The notes below the pieces were generated by a model, which was given only the letters and a program-made list of their open reading frames with translations, searched no databases and was not told the origin of the DNA. A program made the translations under genes and the position numbers. From Poseidonia sp. (GTDB lineage Archaea > Thermoplasmatota > Poseidoniia > Poseidoniales > Poseidoniaceae): a stretch of DNA of 64,000 nucleotides. Every line of letters starts with the position of its first letter. Within the stretch, counting starts at the first letter, position 1. The stretch is from NCBI GenBank assembly GCA_040261535.1, contig JBDQNU010000007.1, forward strand, positions 1,927 to 65,926, written 5' to 3'. Positions 63,635 through 64,000 of this stretch are shown here, one piece after another.

Positions 63635-64000
63635 AGCAGAGTGACCTTTGGTTGCAAGGCCAAACGCGCCCTGGCGTTCAACAACGGCAAGGCTGCTACG
63701 GCGAGGCATAACCCCATCACCGTTCCACAAAGGTAGACCCAGATTTCAAACGTCAGCACGAGGGCCTCACCGAGATGCGTACCGGCTGAACGGTTGATGA
63801 TGGCGCTCCCCCAAACACCGCCGACCAACCCCAGCAGGGCGCCGGCTACTGCAATTTGGGCCCCGAGACGGCGCAATTTGTACAGCAAGGGGGCACCGAC
63901 AAACAACGCCAACGCCGCCCCCCAAAGCGATACGCTTCGGATGAAATAGCCGTTTTCCGCACGAACTTGGTCTTCAAAATCGCGATATTGCTCGACGGTG
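63619..64000 (-). CDS. membrane protein, C-terminal part (5' end off-window)
   Basis: The minus-strand frame stays open from the stop at 63619 to the window edge. Hydrophobic helices are present (LALFVGAPLLY, IAVAGALLGLVGGVWG, VYLCGTVMGLCLAVAAL). Confidence 0.35.
   Translation of the reverse strand, partial: TVEQYRDFEDQVRAENGYFIRSVSLWGAALALFVGAPLLYKLRRLGAQIAVAGALLGLVGGVWGSAIINRSAGTHLGEALVLTFEIWVYLCGTVMGLCLAVAALPLLNARARLALQPKVTLLQEEA

Noticed and set aside
62660-63730. 356-aa minus-strand ORF spanning the last 1 kb
   Set aside because: The plus strand encodes an unmistakable pentapeptide-repeat run at 63179-63634. The antisense translation is Arg/Gly/Val-rich without motifs. Some doubt remains for the 62681-63169 portion.

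Overview
About 47 protein-coding genes fill roughly 95% of this GC-rich window. Most spacers are under 50 nt and several genes overlap by 1-4 nt. All calls were made by eye from the ORF track and remembered family motifs. No search was run.

The information-processing genes are archaeal: MCM, GatE, two Pth2 copies, Trm1, a PAC2-type proteasome chaperone and a TFB-like factor. Many operational genes look bacterial: MaeB malic enzyme, an AddAB-like helicase-nuclease pair, an MMPL exporter, PabC plus fused PabB-PabA, and proline iminopeptidase. Two giant membrane-anchored surface proteins (2770 and 1447 aa) take up about 20% of the window. This mix suggests an uncultured streamlined planktonic euryarchaeon, perhaps Marine Group II/III-like, but that is inference only.

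I found no rRNA, tRNA, CRISPR array, integrase or transposase, and no recognisable defence island.

The leads most worth a second look are:
- A translationally coupled AddAB-like pair (1638 and 1269 aa) in which both subunits carry Cas4/AddB-type four-cysteine signatures.
- A polytopic membrane protein that looks colinear with heme-copper oxidase subunit I, lacks the metal-ligand histidines, and is fused to a canonical EF-hand pair.
- An 805-aa basic Cys/His/Arg-rich orphan protein.
- A divergent TFB-like gene behind an AT-rich spacer holding three TATA-like boxes.
- A 13-mer hairpin motif recurring upstream of three minus-strand genes.
- Tandem divergent Pth2 paralogues.
- The modular architecture and unusual cytoplasmic tails of the two giant proteins.
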